DNA from: Methanothrix sp.
GTDB lineage: Archaea > Halobacteriota > Methanosarcinia > Methanotrichales > Methanotrichaceae
Reading direction: 5' to 3'
DNA: 64,000 nucleotides
Assembly (NCBI GenBank): GCA_963682135.1
Contig: OY821645.1
Location: forward strand, 928,001-992,000
This document shows, in pieces, positions 51,457 through 62,422 of this stretch (the stretch's first letter is position 1; the number at the start of each line of letters is the position of its first letter). The notes under the pieces are model-generated. The model made no database searches. It was not told the DNA's origin and saw nothing but the letters and a program-made list of their open reading frames with translations. The position numbers were made by a program, and so were the translations under genes.

Positions 51457-51594
51457 GAGTTATAAGATAACTTATATCTTTATATAGTTTTTGAAACGTC
51501 TAATTTTGCGATTTCTATTCAGGGTTTATTCAGATCAAGCACGCAAAAGGGTAATCATTAATGACAGTTAAATTAGGTCTACTGGGTGAGATTT

Positions 51595-52038
51595 ATGAAT
51601 GAGAGCACAAATGAGGGTTGCATTTTCTGCGATATTATCGAAGGCAAGGCGCCAGGCAGCAGGATCTATGAGGACGAACTCTCTTTAGCCATACTTGATA
51701 TCAATCCCTTCTCGAAAGGGCATTGCCTTGTCATTCCCAAGAGGCATGTGCCATGGTGGCATGAGCTGACCCTTGAGGAGAATGCCAGCCTCTTTCGGGT
51801 AGCAAAGGTAGTAGCTGAAAAGATGATGGCGGCTTTAAAGCCGGACTTTGTCTGCATGTATGCCCGGGGCAGAAGAATACCGCATACCCACATATTCCTG
51901 GTTCCTACCTACAGCGGGGATGTGCTGGACAGATTCTTCAATGCACTGGAACTGTTCCAGGAATCGCCGCCAGCACTGACCGCTTTGCGAGAGGAGAATT
52001 CCCAGGAAGATGCGGCCAAGCTTCTCAGGAACGCATAA
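51595..52038 (+). CDS. HIT-family hydrolase
   Basis: CIFCDII, GHCLVIPKRH, IPHTHIFLVP. Confidence 0.9.
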   Translation: MNESTNEGCIFCDIIEGKAPGSRIYEDELSLAILDINPFSKGHCLVIPKRHVPWWHELTLEENASLFRVAKVVAEKMMAALKPDFVCMYARGRRIPHTHIFLVPTYSGDVLDRFFNALELFQESPPALTALREENSQEDAAKLLRNA

Positions 52039-52067
52039 AATGATTGTTAAAAAATTGGCTCAAAGGT

Positions 52068-52083
52068 AGGGGCCCGGGCCCCT
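52068..52083. terminator. GC palindrome between convergent HIT and fdhC genes
   Basis: AGGGGCCCGGGCCCCT. Confidence 0.45.
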
Positions 52084-52107
52084 AACGTGCAATTAAGGAG
52101 AACAATT

Positions 52108-53022
52108 CTATTTCTTCGAGGTATTCCCGGATTTTAGCACGCACAGTGGTCCTCTGAGGTAGACATACCAGTAGAGTGTCGCCACGAAGAGCGCCGCTCC
52201 TACGATGTTGCCGAGGGTGACGGGTATGAGGTTGGTAATGAAGAAGTTGTGCCACCCATTGCTGCCGACCAGGTTTGCCGTGGCCACATTGGCCGTGGCC
52301 AGCTTTGCGGCTATCGCCGGATTGTTGGCGGCAAAGATGCCCAAGGGAATAAAGAACATATTGGCCACACTGTGCTCAAAGCCGATGGCGACGAATGCCA
52401 TGATGGGGAACCAGCAGGCAAAGATCTTGCCGACCACATCTTCAGCACCTATAGCCAGCCAGACGGCCAGGCAGACCAGCCAGTTGCAGCCTATGCCGCG
52501 CAGGAATGCTGTGGAAAAGTCCAGACCGCATTTGCCGTTGGCCACGGTTGCCGCCCAACCCGCCCAGGGCATGTTATCGAAAAATCCGCATAAGTAAGCC
52601 AGGAAAAAGGCGACGAATATCGATCCCAGAAAATTGCCGACATAAACCAGGGACCAATTCTTCACCAGGCCCTTGACGGTGGCCTCACCGTTAAGAATAC
52701 TGATGGGCGCGAACATGCAGTTTCCTGTGAAAAGCTCCGAGCCTGCGATTACGACCAACATCAGGCCAACGGGAAATACTGCCCCGGCAGCGAACTTGAC
52801 AATCCCCCCAGGCAGAGCGATCTTCCAGATGCCTCCGTCCGGATCAGTGATGGTCCCATTGGAGAGGCCCCCGGCCACAATCTCGCTCAACAGGGCTCCA
52901 AAGGCGATGTAGGCTCCGGCTAAAAAGCCCAGCACCAGTAGCTTTTGCCAGGTTATGTTGCATTTTGTGCATCCGGCAGCAATGGCTGCCTTGGCGATAT
53001 CAGCGGGGACTTTGAATGCCAT
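52108..53022 (-). CDS. fdhC: Formate/nitrite transporter (FdhC)
   Basis: GSELFTGN, GIGCNWLVCLA, GFEHSVANM, TLGNIVG. Confidence 0.95.
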   Translation of the reverse strand: MAFKVPADIAKAAIAAGCTKCNITWQKLLVLGFLAGAYIAFGALLSEIVAGGLSNGTITDPDGGIWKIALPGGIVKFAAGAVFPVGLMLVVIAGSELFTGNCMFAPISILNGEATVKGLVKNWSLVYVGNFLGSIFVAFFLAYLCGFFDNMPWAGWAATVANGKCGLDFSTAFLRGIGCNWLVCLAVWLAIGAEDVVGKIFACWFPIMAFVAIGFEHSVANMFFIPLGIFAANNPAIAAKLATANVATANLVGSNGWHNFFITNLIPVTLGNIVGAALFVATLYWYVYLRGPLCVLKSGNTSKK

Positions 53023-53199
53023 ATTCTCCCTCGTAGGATGGCCACTGCTTGCCTACATATCGTGTAAAAAGCTTGCGGTTGCAATTGGCGATTTATGAAT
53101 AGATCAATCCTATAGAAGTCAGAAAAGTTAAAACATTCATTAAAAATAATGATGATTGTGGAGGGGTGGAAAAATCAGAAAATATTGTCCCGAAATGAA

Positions 53200-54132
53200 T
53201 CAGTCTTCCCCCAAACCGCACACCGCATGGCCTTTGTGGCCCTCATGCTGAGCGGCAAGATTCCTCTTTGCCGGATTGAAGCTCTTCTTGGGCTTACTGT
53301 CCATCAATTTGTGCCAGTTATCTCTCTCCCATATGTTGAATGATCTATCTTCTTCCGGGATTAACTGGCGCAGACGCAGGACCAGTCCGTCCCAGTTGAC
53401 GTCGTGGCCTGCAAAATCCGGGCCTTCCACGCAGGCGAATTTGGTCTTTCCGTCCACCTCCACCCGGCAAGCCCCGCACATACCTGTGCCGTCCACCATG
53501 AGTGGTGTGAGGCTGACCATGGTCTCCACTCCCGCCGCTCGTGAGGCATCCGAAGAAACCTTCATCATGAAAGGACAGCCGTGCGCAAATATCCTGTCTA
53601 TTTTATTTCCCGACGCCAGCTCCTGCTCGATGAAGTCATTGGCCCAGGCAGTCTTGCCGCAACCCGTAACGACATGAACCTCGTCGCTGTGCTCCTTGAG
53701 CCGATCCACCCAAAAGATAAAGTCCGGACCGCGGCCTTCCACTACGGTTATCACATAGTTGCCTTTCTCCTTGAGAGCCTTTATGAGGGGCAGAGTAGGG
53801 CCAGCACCAAAGCAACCACACGCGCAGATGACTCTCCCGAAATTCTCGATCTCCGTGGGCGCGCCCAGGGGGCCGGCAATGTTGGATACGCATTCGCCTT
53901 CACTCATAGTAGAGAGCTTGGCGGTGCTGGTCCCCAGAACATAGAAGACAATATCAATAGTGCCCTCTTTTTCGTCCCAGCCGGCCAGGCCCATGGGTAT
54001 TCTCTCTCCTTTCTCGTCTACCCTAATGATAGCAAACTGACCCGGCTTCGCCGTGAGGGCAATCTTGGGAGCTTTGAATTTCATATAAATGATATTGGGA
54101 GCTACGGTCTCCTTGGTTACTATCTCGTACAT
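53200..54132 (-). CDS. FAD/[2Fe-2S] electron-transfer subunit, NfnA/SudB-like
   Basis: KPGQF.IIR..GERIP; MVDGTGMCGACRV...FACVEGPDF. Confidence 0.9.
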   Translation of the reverse strand: MYEIVTKETVAPNIIYMKFKAPKIALTAKPGQFAIIRVDEKGERIPMGLAGWDEKEGTIDIVFYVLGTSTAKLSTMSEGECVSNIAGPLGAPTEIENFGRVICACGCFGAGPTLPLIKALKEKGNYVITVVEGRGPDFIFWVDRLKEHSDEVHVVTGCGKTAWANDFIEQELASGNKIDRIFAHGCPFMMKVSSDASRAAGVETMVSLTPLMVDGTGMCGACRVEVDGKTKFACVEGPDFAGHDVNWDGLVLRLRQLIPEEDRSFNIWERDNWHKLMDSKPKKSFNPAKRNLAAQHEGHKGHAVCGLGED

Positions 54133-54134
54133 CT

Positions 54135-56885
54135 CTAGCCTCCTCTAATCTTATTGAGCTTCACAGCACAGACCTTGAATTCCGGTATCTTGGCCACAGG
54201 GTCCAGGGCCGGATTGGTAAGGACGTTGGTGGGTGTCTCGGAGAAATGGAATGTCATGAAGACCACGCCAGATGGCGACTTTTCCGTGGTTTTGGTCTTG
54301 GCTCGAACTTTTCCCCGGCGAGAGGATACCTCAATCAGTTCGCCGTCTTCTATCCCGAGAGTGAGGGCGTCCTCTGGATTCATCTCCACCAGCTCCTCAC
54401 CCCGAAGAAGGTTGAGATCTCTCACTTTCCTCGTCATGGTTCCAGTGTGATACTGGCAGAGAACTCTGCCTGTGGTGAGGATAAACGGATAATCCTCATT
54501 GGGCAGCTCCATGGAAGGCCGGTATTCGACCACATTGAATTTGCCAAGGCCTCTGGTGAACTGACCTTTATGCAGGTAGCCGGTTCCCGGATGATCCAGG
54601 TTGGGGCAGGGCCACTGCAGCCCATCACCCTCCAGCCGCTCATAGTTTATGCCCCCGTAACTGGGAGCAAGCTTTGCCGCCTCGGACATGATCTCGGATG
54701 GATGGCTATAGCAAAACTGGTCTTTCCAGCCCATGCGGGCCGCCAGAGCGTCCAGGATCATCCAGTCGGGCATGGACTCACCCGCGCTCTGAAGCGCCTT
54801 CCTGATCCTCTGCACCCGGCGCTCCGTATTGGTGAAGGTCCCATCCTTTTCCAGGCTGGTGGTTGCCGGCAGGACCACATCTGCCAATGCCGCCGTTTCC
54901 GACAAGAAGATGTCCTGCACCACCAGAAACTCCAGGGCGTTCAAGGCTTCCACCACATGGCTGCAATCCGGATCGCTCACAACCGGATTTTCTCCCATGA
55001 TGTACATGGCCCGAATATTGCCCACCAGGGCGGCATTCATCAACTCGACGACCGTGAGTCCGGGCTTATCCGGCAGTGCTCTCCCCCAGGCCAGCTCGAA
55101 CTTCTTGCGAAGATCAGGATTGATAACCGCTTGATATCCCGGCAGGAGATTGGGCAGCGCCCCCATGTCGCAGGAGCCTTGCACATTGTTCTGACCGCGC
55201 AGGGGATTGATGCCGGAGGATGGTCGGCCAACGTTGCCCGTCATCATAGCCAGATTGGCCAGAGCAAAGATGTTGTCCACACCATGAGAGTGCTGGGTGA
55301 TGCCCATGGAATAGATTATGGAGGAAGGATTTCCGCTGGCATAAAGCCGGGCCGCATCCCTGATCAGCTCGGACTTGACGCCTGTAATGCGCGCGGCGTC
55401 CGGTCCGGACAGTTTCGAGAGAGAAGCCTGAAAATCTGGGAAGCCCTCCGTTCTCTGGGATATGAAATCCTCATCCATCAGCTTCTCTTGCAGAATTATG
55501 CGGCACATTTCCAGGACGAGCGGCACATCCGTTCCCGGAGTCTGGCGCAGCCAGATATCGGCGATCTTGCATAAATCAATCCAGCGAGGATTGGCCACAA
55601 TGATCTTCGCTCCCTTCCTCTTCGCCTCTTTGATCTTGAGGGCGATGACGGGATGCTGCTCACTGGTGTTCGAGCCGATGATGAAGATGCACCCGGCATC
55701 CGGAAGCTCGGAAATGGAGTTGGTCATGGCCCCGCTGCCGAAAGCCAGGGCCAGGGCGGAGACGGTGGACGCATGACAGAGACGGGCACAGTGATCCACG
55801 TTGTTGGTCTGCATAACCAGCCGAGCGAACTTCTGGGCCAGATAGTTCTCCTCATTGCTGCACTTGGCCGATGATAGGAAAGCAAAGCCGTCGCCCTTAT
55901 ATCCATTCAATTTCCCGGCCACCAGGTCCAGGGCCTCATCCCAGGTTGCCGGCTCCAGTTTGCCGTTCTTCCTGATGAGTGGGACAGTGAGCCGCTCCGG
56001 GCTCTCTACATAGCCCAGGCCAAAGCGGCCCTTGACGCAGAGCTGGCCGTTGTTGGGCAGACAGTCACGTTTGCCTCTCACTCTCACTATGCGTCCGTCC
56101 AGGACGCCTACCTCTATCCGACAGCCCACACCGCAGTAGGGGCAGACGGTTTCAGTGGTCTTCTCCGGCCTCTGCCATTTCTCAAAGCGGGCATAGAGGG
56201 CCCCGGTGGGACAGATATCGACACATGTGCCGCAAAACTTGCAGTCCGAATCCTGCAATGATTCGGGGCCGATCCAGTGCATGCGGTGAAAATCAGGATT
56301 GTTTTCCAGCACGCCCTCGCCGCGCACCTCCTGACAGGCGCGCACGCAGCGGCCGCACAGGATGCAGAGACTGTAATTGCGGTCAAAGAAGGGTTCTCTC
56401 AATACGGGCATATCCTTAAAAGAGGTTTGATATCTTATGTTTTCCAGTCCCACGAACTGCACGGCCCGTTGCAACTCACACTCCTCGTTCTTGAGGCAGT
56501 ACTTGCAGCCCACAGTGACCGGAAATTTGCGCAGGCACTCGCGCAGGTCGCCGCATTCATTCTTCCTATCGCAAAACAGGCAACTGGTAGGATGATTGGT
56601 AAGAGCCAGGAGCATCTCCAGGGTACTTCGTCTCATCTCCTGAAGCTCCTCTGTTTGGGTCTTTACTACCATTCCCTCTTCCGCCAGAGTGTTACAGGCT
56701 GTAGGATAGTAATCCAGGCCTTTTACGGAAACAATGCAAAGCTTGCAAGAGCCGATGGGCTTGAGGTCCGGGTGGTCGCAAAGAGCTGGTACATAAGATC
56801 CCGCTTTTCGGGCAGCTTCGAGAATAGTGGCTCCCTCAAGGACAACTACCTCTCGATCATCAATGATCAGTCTAATTTCCAACAT
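54135..56885 (-). CDS. fdhA: Formate dehydrogenase alpha subunit (Cys ligand), paralog 1, with N-terminal Fe-S module
   Basis: CPYCGVGC, CVKGRFG, DHCARLCHAST, LRGQNNVQG, PEFKVCAV. Confidence 0.95.
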   Translation of the reverse strand: MLEIRLIIDDREVVVLEGATILEAARKAGSYVPALCDHPDLKPIGSCKLCIVSVKGLDYYPTACNTLAEEGMVVKTQTEELQEMRRSTLEMLLALTNHPTSCLFCDRKNECGDLRECLRKFPVTVGCKYCLKNEECELQRAVQFVGLENIRYQTSFKDMPVLREPFFDRNYSLCILCGRCVRACQEVRGEGVLENNPDFHRMHWIGPESLQDSDCKFCGTCVDICPTGALYARFEKWQRPEKTTETVCPYCGVGCRIEVGVLDGRIVRVRGKRDCLPNNGQLCVKGRFGLGYVESPERLTVPLIRKNGKLEPATWDEALDLVAGKLNGYKGDGFAFLSSAKCSNEENYLAQKFARLVMQTNNVDHCARLCHASTVSALALAFGSGAMTNSISELPDAGCIFIIGSNTSEQHPVIALKIKEAKRKGAKIIVANPRWIDLCKIADIWLRQTPGTDVPLVLEMCRIILQEKLMDEDFISQRTEGFPDFQASLSKLSGPDAARITGVKSELIRDAARLYASGNPSSIIYSMGITQHSHGVDNIFALANLAMMTGNVGRPSSGINPLRGQNNVQGSCDMGALPNLLPGYQAVINPDLRKKFELAWGRALPDKPGLTVVELMNAALVGNIRAMYIMGENPVVSDPDCSHVVEALNALEFLVVQDIFLSETAALADVVLPATTSLEKDGTFTNTERRVQRIRKALQSAGESMPDWMILDALAARMGWKDQFCYSHPSEIMSEAAKLAPSYGGINYERLEGDGLQWPCPNLDHPGTGYLHKGQFTRGLGKFNVVEYRPSMELPNEDYPFILTTGRVLCQYHTGTMTRKVRDLNLLRGEELVEMNPEDALTLGIEDGELIEVSSRRGKVRAKTKTTEKSPSGVVFMTFHFSETPTNVLTNPALDPVAKIPEFKVCAVKLNKIRGG

Positions 56886-57150
56886 GTTCCCAACCGCGCC
56901 GGGAATTGTAGAGGATTAATTGTATTAGAACATTACTCTGAAATGAGAATCTTGAAATTATCTGATATTTATCCCAAAAATTCTATAAGCAATATTCTAT
57001 GCACTCAAGAACATTGCTTACCTAAGTTTTTTTTGCTTAAGTTTTTTATGGTTGCGAATCAACCCCTGCGATTCGGCTCGCTGCAGCACTAATCTGAATT
57101 GCGCATTGTCAGAAAAAGTTGAGATCTGTCAGACCAATCACGCGGATCTC

Positions 57151-59904
57151 TCAGCAAACGATCTTCTCTATCCTTATGGCGCATGCCTTATACTCCGGCG
57201 TCTTGGCCTGAGGGTCCAGGCTGGCATTGGTAAGAAGGTTAGTAAGGACATCCTGGTAGTGGAAGGACATAAAGGCAACACCACGCGATGACTTATCGGT
57301 GACTCTTGCTTTTGTCCGGATAACACCGCGCTTTGACCTGACCACAACTTCCTCTCCGTCTCCTACCCCAAGCTCTCTTGCATCCACAGGGCTTATCTCT
57401 ATTGCTTCCTCCGGCCATACCCACATGATTCCTTTGGAGCGCCGGGTCATGGAGCCGCAGTTATAATGCTCTCTTCTCCTGCCGGTTGTAAGAATCAGAG
57501 GATAGTCAGAATCAGGCTGCTCCGCCGGGTATTTATGTTCCACAGCGTTAAATTTCCCGAGGCCCCGGCTGAATTTCTCCATATGCAGCGTCTGTGTGCC
57601 CGGATGATCAATCGACGGACAGGGCCACTGCACCCCTCCGCTACCCAGTCGCGCAAAATTTACTCCGGCAAACATCGGTGCAAGAGATGCAATTTCATCC
57701 ATTACTTCCGTTGGGTGATTGTATTTCATGGGATAGCCCATCTTCTGAGCAATAAGACAGATTGTCTGCCAGTTCTCCTGGCCACAAATTGGATCAATGG
57801 CTTTATTCACCCGTTGAATGCGCCGCTCACCATTTGTGAAGGTTCCGTCGCACTCTGCAAAGCTGGCTGCCGGCAGGATAACGTCCGCATATTTGGTGGT
57901 CTCAGTAGGGAATATCTCCTGGACTACAAGGAAATCCAGAGCTTCTAGCGAAGCACGAACTTTGTTGGTGTCGGGATCTGTCTGGGCAGGATCTTCCCCC
58001 AAAATATAGAGCCCCTTGATTTTGCCTTCCTGAGAAAAATCTAACATTTGCGTGGATGTCTGGCCGGGAGTTGCCGGCAATTTGACCTTCCAGGCTTGTT
58101 CGAATTTGGACTGGATATTACCGTCTGCCACCGGCTGATAGCCAACATGAACATTGGGAAGAGCCCCCATATCACAGGCCCCCTGCACGTTATTTTGCCC
58201 ACGCAGCGGCATTACTCCGGTCGACTCGCGCCCCACATTGCCCGTGAGCATTGCCAGGTTGCCCAGGGACATGACATTAGCGGTTCCTGTAATGTGCTCG
58301 GTTATTCCCAGGCTGTAGACAATCATTGCCTTTTTCGCCCCGGCATAAAGGCGGGCGGCTTTTATTATATCTTCCTCACAGACCCCGGTTATCTGAGCAG
58401 AGCGCTGTGGCGGATAATCCATAACCACCTTACGAAATTCCTCGAAGCCCTCCGTTCGCCCGGCGATAAAGTCACGATCTTCCAACCCCTCACTCAAAAT
58501 GACATTCATCATTGCATTCAGCAGGGCGATATTAGTTCCCGGCTTCAGGTTAAGCCAGATGGAGGCTAGGTCGACCAGCTCGATCTTACGGGGGTCAGCC
58601 ACGATGATCTTTGCGCCCTTGGAGACGGCCTTGATCATCTTCAGACTGACGATGGGATGAGCCTCAGTGGTATTGGAACCGATAATGAAAATGACATCGG
58701 CGTCTTCGATCTGGTCAAAGGAATTGGTGGCAGCTCCACTGCCAAAGCAGGCAGCAAGCCCGGTGACCGATGGGGCATGACAGACTCGCGCGCAGTTGTC
58801 CACATTGTTGGTGCCGAAGGCGGCCCTTGCAAGTTTCGCCACCAGGTAGTTCTCCTCATTGGTGCACCGGGAAGAGGAGAGTGCTCCCAGCGAATCCGGA
58901 CCATATTTATTCTTGATCTCCGAAAACCTCTCGGCGACCAGATTGAGCGCTTCTTCCCAACCGGCCTCCTCAAGTCTGCCGTTACGTCTTATCAGTGGAG
59001 TAGTCAAACGGTCGGCATGATGGATAATCTCGTCCAGGCCAAAACGGCCTTTAACGCAGGCATGACCTCGATTTACCGGACTATCTCTGTCCGGATGGAT
59101 GGAGACGACCCGGCCTTCTTTAACGCCTAACTTTAGTCGACAGCCTACGCCACAGTAGGGACAGATTGTGGAGACCGTGTTATCCGGTTTTATCCACTTC
59201 TCGGAGCGGGCATAGAGGGCGCCGGTGGGGCAGGCATCCACACATGCGCCGCAGAACTTGCAGTTTGCATCCTGCAATGACTGCGGCCCTATCCAGTGCA
59301 TGCGATGAAAATCGGGATTGCTGGACAGCACACCCACGCCTCGCACCTCCTGACAGGTTCGCACGCAGCGGCTGCACATGATGCAGAGGCTGTAATTGCG
59401 ATCGAAGAAGGGCTCTCTTAGAACCGGCAGATTCTTAAAAGAGATATTGTATCTGATTTTTTCCAGTCCCACGAACCGCACCGCCTCCTGCAGTTCACAT
59501 TCTTCATTCTTGGGGCAGTACTTGCAGCCCACGGTCACCGGGAATTTGCGCAGGCATTCGCGCAGATCGCTGCATTCATTCTTCCTATCGCAAAAGAGGC
59601 AGCTGGTAGGATGATTGGTGAGGGCCAGGAGCATCTCCAGGGTATTTCGTCTCATCTCTTGCAGCTCATCGGTCCTGGTCTGAACCACCATTCCCTCTTC
59701 CGCCGGAGTATTACAGGCTGTAGGATAGCGGTCCAGGCCTTTTACCGAGACAATGCACAGCTTGCAAGAGCCGATGGGCTTCAGGTCCGGGTGATCGCAA
59801 AGTGCTGGTACATAAGATCCCGCTTTGCGGGCAGCATCAAGAATGGTAGATCCCTCAGGAACTTCTACCATTTGATCATCTATTACGAGTTTTATTGCCG
59901 ACAT
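57151..59904 (-). CDS. fdhA: Formate dehydrogenase alpha subunit, paralog 2
   Basis: CPYCGVGC, DNCARVCHAPS, LRGQNNVQG, PEYKACAI. Confidence 0.95.
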   Translation of the reverse strand: MSAIKLVIDDQMVEVPEGSTILDAARKAGSYVPALCDHPDLKPIGSCKLCIVSVKGLDRYPTACNTPAEEGMVVQTRTDELQEMRRNTLEMLLALTNHPTSCLFCDRKNECSDLRECLRKFPVTVGCKYCPKNEECELQEAVRFVGLEKIRYNISFKNLPVLREPFFDRNYSLCIMCSRCVRTCQEVRGVGVLSSNPDFHRMHWIGPQSLQDANCKFCGACVDACPTGALYARSEKWIKPDNTVSTICPYCGVGCRLKLGVKEGRVVSIHPDRDSPVNRGHACVKGRFGLDEIIHHADRLTTPLIRRNGRLEEAGWEEALNLVAERFSEIKNKYGPDSLGALSSSRCTNEENYLVAKLARAAFGTNNVDNCARVCHAPSVTGLAACFGSGAATNSFDQIEDADVIFIIGSNTTEAHPIVSLKMIKAVSKGAKIIVADPRKIELVDLASIWLNLKPGTNIALLNAMMNVILSEGLEDRDFIAGRTEGFEEFRKVVMDYPPQRSAQITGVCEEDIIKAARLYAGAKKAMIVYSLGITEHITGTANVMSLGNLAMLTGNVGRESTGVMPLRGQNNVQGACDMGALPNVHVGYQPVADGNIQSKFEQAWKVKLPATPGQTSTQMLDFSQEGKIKGLYILGEDPAQTDPDTNKVRASLEALDFLVVQEIFPTETTKYADVILPAASFAECDGTFTNGERRIQRVNKAIDPICGQENWQTICLIAQKMGYPMKYNHPTEVMDEIASLAPMFAGVNFARLGSGGVQWPCPSIDHPGTQTLHMEKFSRGLGKFNAVEHKYPAEQPDSDYPLILTTGRRREHYNCGSMTRRSKGIMWVWPEEAIEISPVDARELGVGDGEEVVVRSKRGVIRTKARVTDKSSRGVAFMSFHYQDVLTNLLTNASLDPQAKTPEYKACAIRIEKIVC

Positions 59905-60140
59905 GTTCCAACCGCGCCGGCCAATGGTGGTGATTAATTGTATTAGAAGGTTGCTCCAAAAGGAAAATCTTATTAATATTTAGAGGCGGAGTGGCTAACC
60001 AGAATCTGCTAAGTTAAATGTGAAGATGGATGCGAAAAAAGTCCCGGGTCCTCCACCAGGCAATAAGAGGGTCCGTATCCATAAGCATAAGGATGATCAG
60101 CCAGAAGAGATCAAGCCTTCAGAGGCGCGGTGTAGAAAAG

Positions 60141-61553
60141 ATGTCCAGCAAAATTAATTTAAACCGGGTGGAGATGCCCAAACAATCTCCCGAAAAGAGG
60201 AAGAGCAACTTTCAGGAGGTTGCCCTGGGCTACAGTCCTGAGCAGGCAGCAGAAGAGGCCGGCAGATGTCTTCAATGCAAGAAGCCCAAGTGCATGGAAG
60301 GCTGTCCGGTGGGTGTGTTGATACCCAGCTTCATTTGCGCCCTGCGTGAAGGGGACATGCCGGAGGCAGTTGTAGCCCTCAAGAGAAAGAACAGCCTGCC
60401 CGGAATATGCGGCCGGGTCTGTCCTCAGGAGGTGCAGTGCGAGTGCAAATGCATCCTGGCCAAGAAGGGAGCGCCCATCGCCATTGGCCGGCTGGAGCGC
60501 TATGTGGCCGATTGGGAGCTATGCCAATCGCAAAGGCCCAAGTGCGAGATCGCGCAGGCCACGGGAAAGCAAGTCGCAGTGGTGGGATGCGGCCCAGCTG
60601 GGCTGACAGTGGCCGCAGATATGGCCAAGTTCGGCCATAAAGTCACCATCTTCGAAGCGCTGCATGACGGCGGCGGCGTTCTGGTTTACGGTATTCCCGA
60701 GTTTCGTCTGCCCAAGGAAATAGTGAGGGCAGAGATCGAGTACGTGAAATCATTGGGAGTCGCTTTGGAGCTGGACTGTGTAGTAGGCAGACAGGTGCAG
60801 GTCGAAGGTCTGCTCAAAGGAGACTATGACGGCGTATTCCTAGGGATTGGTGCAGGCGCGCCGCGCTTTCTCAATGTTCCCGGAGAGAACCTGAGCGGCG
60901 TCTACTCTGCCAACGAATATCTCACAAGGGTCAACCTGATGAAGGCTTACAAGTTCCCGGAGTACGATACTCCCATTAAAAAGGGCAAGAAAGTAGCAGT
61001 GGTGGGCGGCGGAAACGTGGCTATGGATGCAGCCCGCTCTGCCAAGCGCCTGGGCGCGGATGAGGTGCATGTCATCTACCGCCGCTCTCGCGAGGAGATG
61101 CCCGCCCGTCTGGAAGAGGTGGAGAACGCCATGGAGGAGGATGTGATCTTTGACTTCCTCACCAATCCCACTCGCTTTTTAGGCGATGAAAGGGGCATGG
61201 TCAGGGCCATGGAGGTAGTGCAGATGGAGCTGGGCGAGCCTGATGCCTCCGGCCGTCGCAGCCCGCGGGTGAAGAAGGGCTCGGAGCACATCGTCGATGT
61301 GGATACGGTGGTCATCGCCGTAGGCACAGTGCCCAATCCCCTCATCGCCTCCAGCACGCCAGAGCTTAAGACCACCAAATGGGGCACGCTCGTGGTGGAT
61401 GAGCGGGGCCGCACGACAATGGTTGGGGTCTGGGCCGGAGGAGACATCACCAGCGGCGGAGCCACGGTGATCAGCGCCATGGGCGAGGGCAAGACTGCGG
61501 CTGCGGATATGAACGAGTGGCTGATGAAGGACGGGAAGTGGAGCGAGAAATAA
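60141..61553 (+). CDS. GltD-like NADPH flavoprotein, NfnB/SudA-like (often annotated NADPH-dependent glutamate synthase)
   Basis: RCLQC..PKC..GCP, CGRVCPQE.QCE, YGIPEFRLPK, GGGNVAMDAAR, YRRS; no gltB in the window. Confidence 0.92.
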   Translation: MSSKINLNRVEMPKQSPEKRKSNFQEVALGYSPEQAAEEAGRCLQCKKPKCMEGCPVGVLIPSFICALREGDMPEAVVALKRKNSLPGICGRVCPQEVQCECKCILAKKGAPIAIGRLERYVADWELCQSQRPKCEIAQATGKQVAVVGCGPAGLTVAADMAKFGHKVTIFEALHDGGGVLVYGIPEFRLPKEIVRAEIEYVKSLGVALELDCVVGRQVQVEGLLKGDYDGVFLGIGAGAPRFLNVPGENLSGVYSANEYLTRVNLMKAYKFPEYDTPIKKGKKVAVVGGGNVAMDAARSAKRLGADEVHVIYRRSREEMPARLEEVENAMEEDVIFDFLTNPTRFLGDERGMVRAMEVVQMELGEPDASGRRSPRVKKGSEHIVDVDTVVIAVGTVPNPLIASSTPELKTTKWGTLVVDERGRTTMVGVWAGGDITSGGATVISAMGEGKTAAADMNEWLMKDGKWSEK

Positions 61554-61974
61554 AACGCTTCACTCGTTTAACTTTTTTAAATTCAATTTGATACTTATTT
61601 TAAGCGTTTGCATTTATGATGACTTTCTTGCACAAAACTATCCCAGACGGCATGCGAGTAATTGCACCCCCCACCATCTTTCCCAGGAAGATATTTGCAC
61701 TTTCATCTCTACCGATTTGTTTTTCCAATTTTCTGGAATTGGACATCAGAAACGATTGGATTCGTCCCTGCTGCCTAATCAGCTGGGATGCCGCGCGCGG
61801 TGAAACGCGCGAGAGTCAGCGGGGCGCCCTCAGCGCCGGGCAGGCTTGGAAAATTGGATGGGAATGGTTATGAAAATCAGTCTTCTGTTTGGTAATGCCT
61901 CTAATACCAACTCTGCACCAAAATTTTATATCGGATTATTATGATAATTAGACCTAATCAAAGAGGACCCTGCC

Positions 61975-62379
61975 ATGCCCGACGCCCCCCTGCCAGCCGC
62001 TCCCAAGAAGAGCATCACTATCATCAAAGCCGGACACCACTGGTTATTCAAGCATTTCTTCGAAGACCAAAGCATATTCAAAGAACTGGCAGATTACTAT
62101 GATAAAGATGGCTATCGCTTCGTCCTCAGGACACCGGGCGAGAGGAACCTGGTGCAAAAGCTGCTGGAGAGAAGAGGATTCGAGGTGATACTGACGGAAC
62201 GCTCCCGAGGCTATGTTGTGAAGATCAGCCGTCAGAGCCGATATGCTTCCCTGCTCAAGAACTCCCTGACGATGATTGAGACAGATGAGTGGCGTGTCTT
62301 TCTCATGAAGGACCAGGCTTCTGTCCGGGAGGCCCTGCATCAGGGGGCAAAGATGGTAGAGGTAGATGTGCTATTTTAA
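61975..62379 (+). CDS. Hypothetical protein
   Basis: Clean 134-aa ORF with gagga RBS and an upstream TATA-like tttatat. Confidence 0.65.
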   Translation: MPDAPLPAAPKKSITIIKAGHHWLFKHFFEDQSIFKELADYYDKDGYRFVLRTPGERNLVQKLLERRGFEVILTERSRGYVVKISRQSRYASLLKNSLTMIETDEWRVFLMKDQASVREALHQGAKMVEVDVLF

Positions 62380-62422
62380 GCTAGATTATTATAATATTTA
62401 AACAAAATAAACTACTGTTACA

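Noticed and set aside
54246-55574. 442-aa ORF opposite fdhA
   Set aside because: Antisense shadow caused by codon bias.
54135-59904. Selenocysteine in the FdhA proteins
   Set aside because: Both ORFs are uninterrupted and have Cys at the ligand position.
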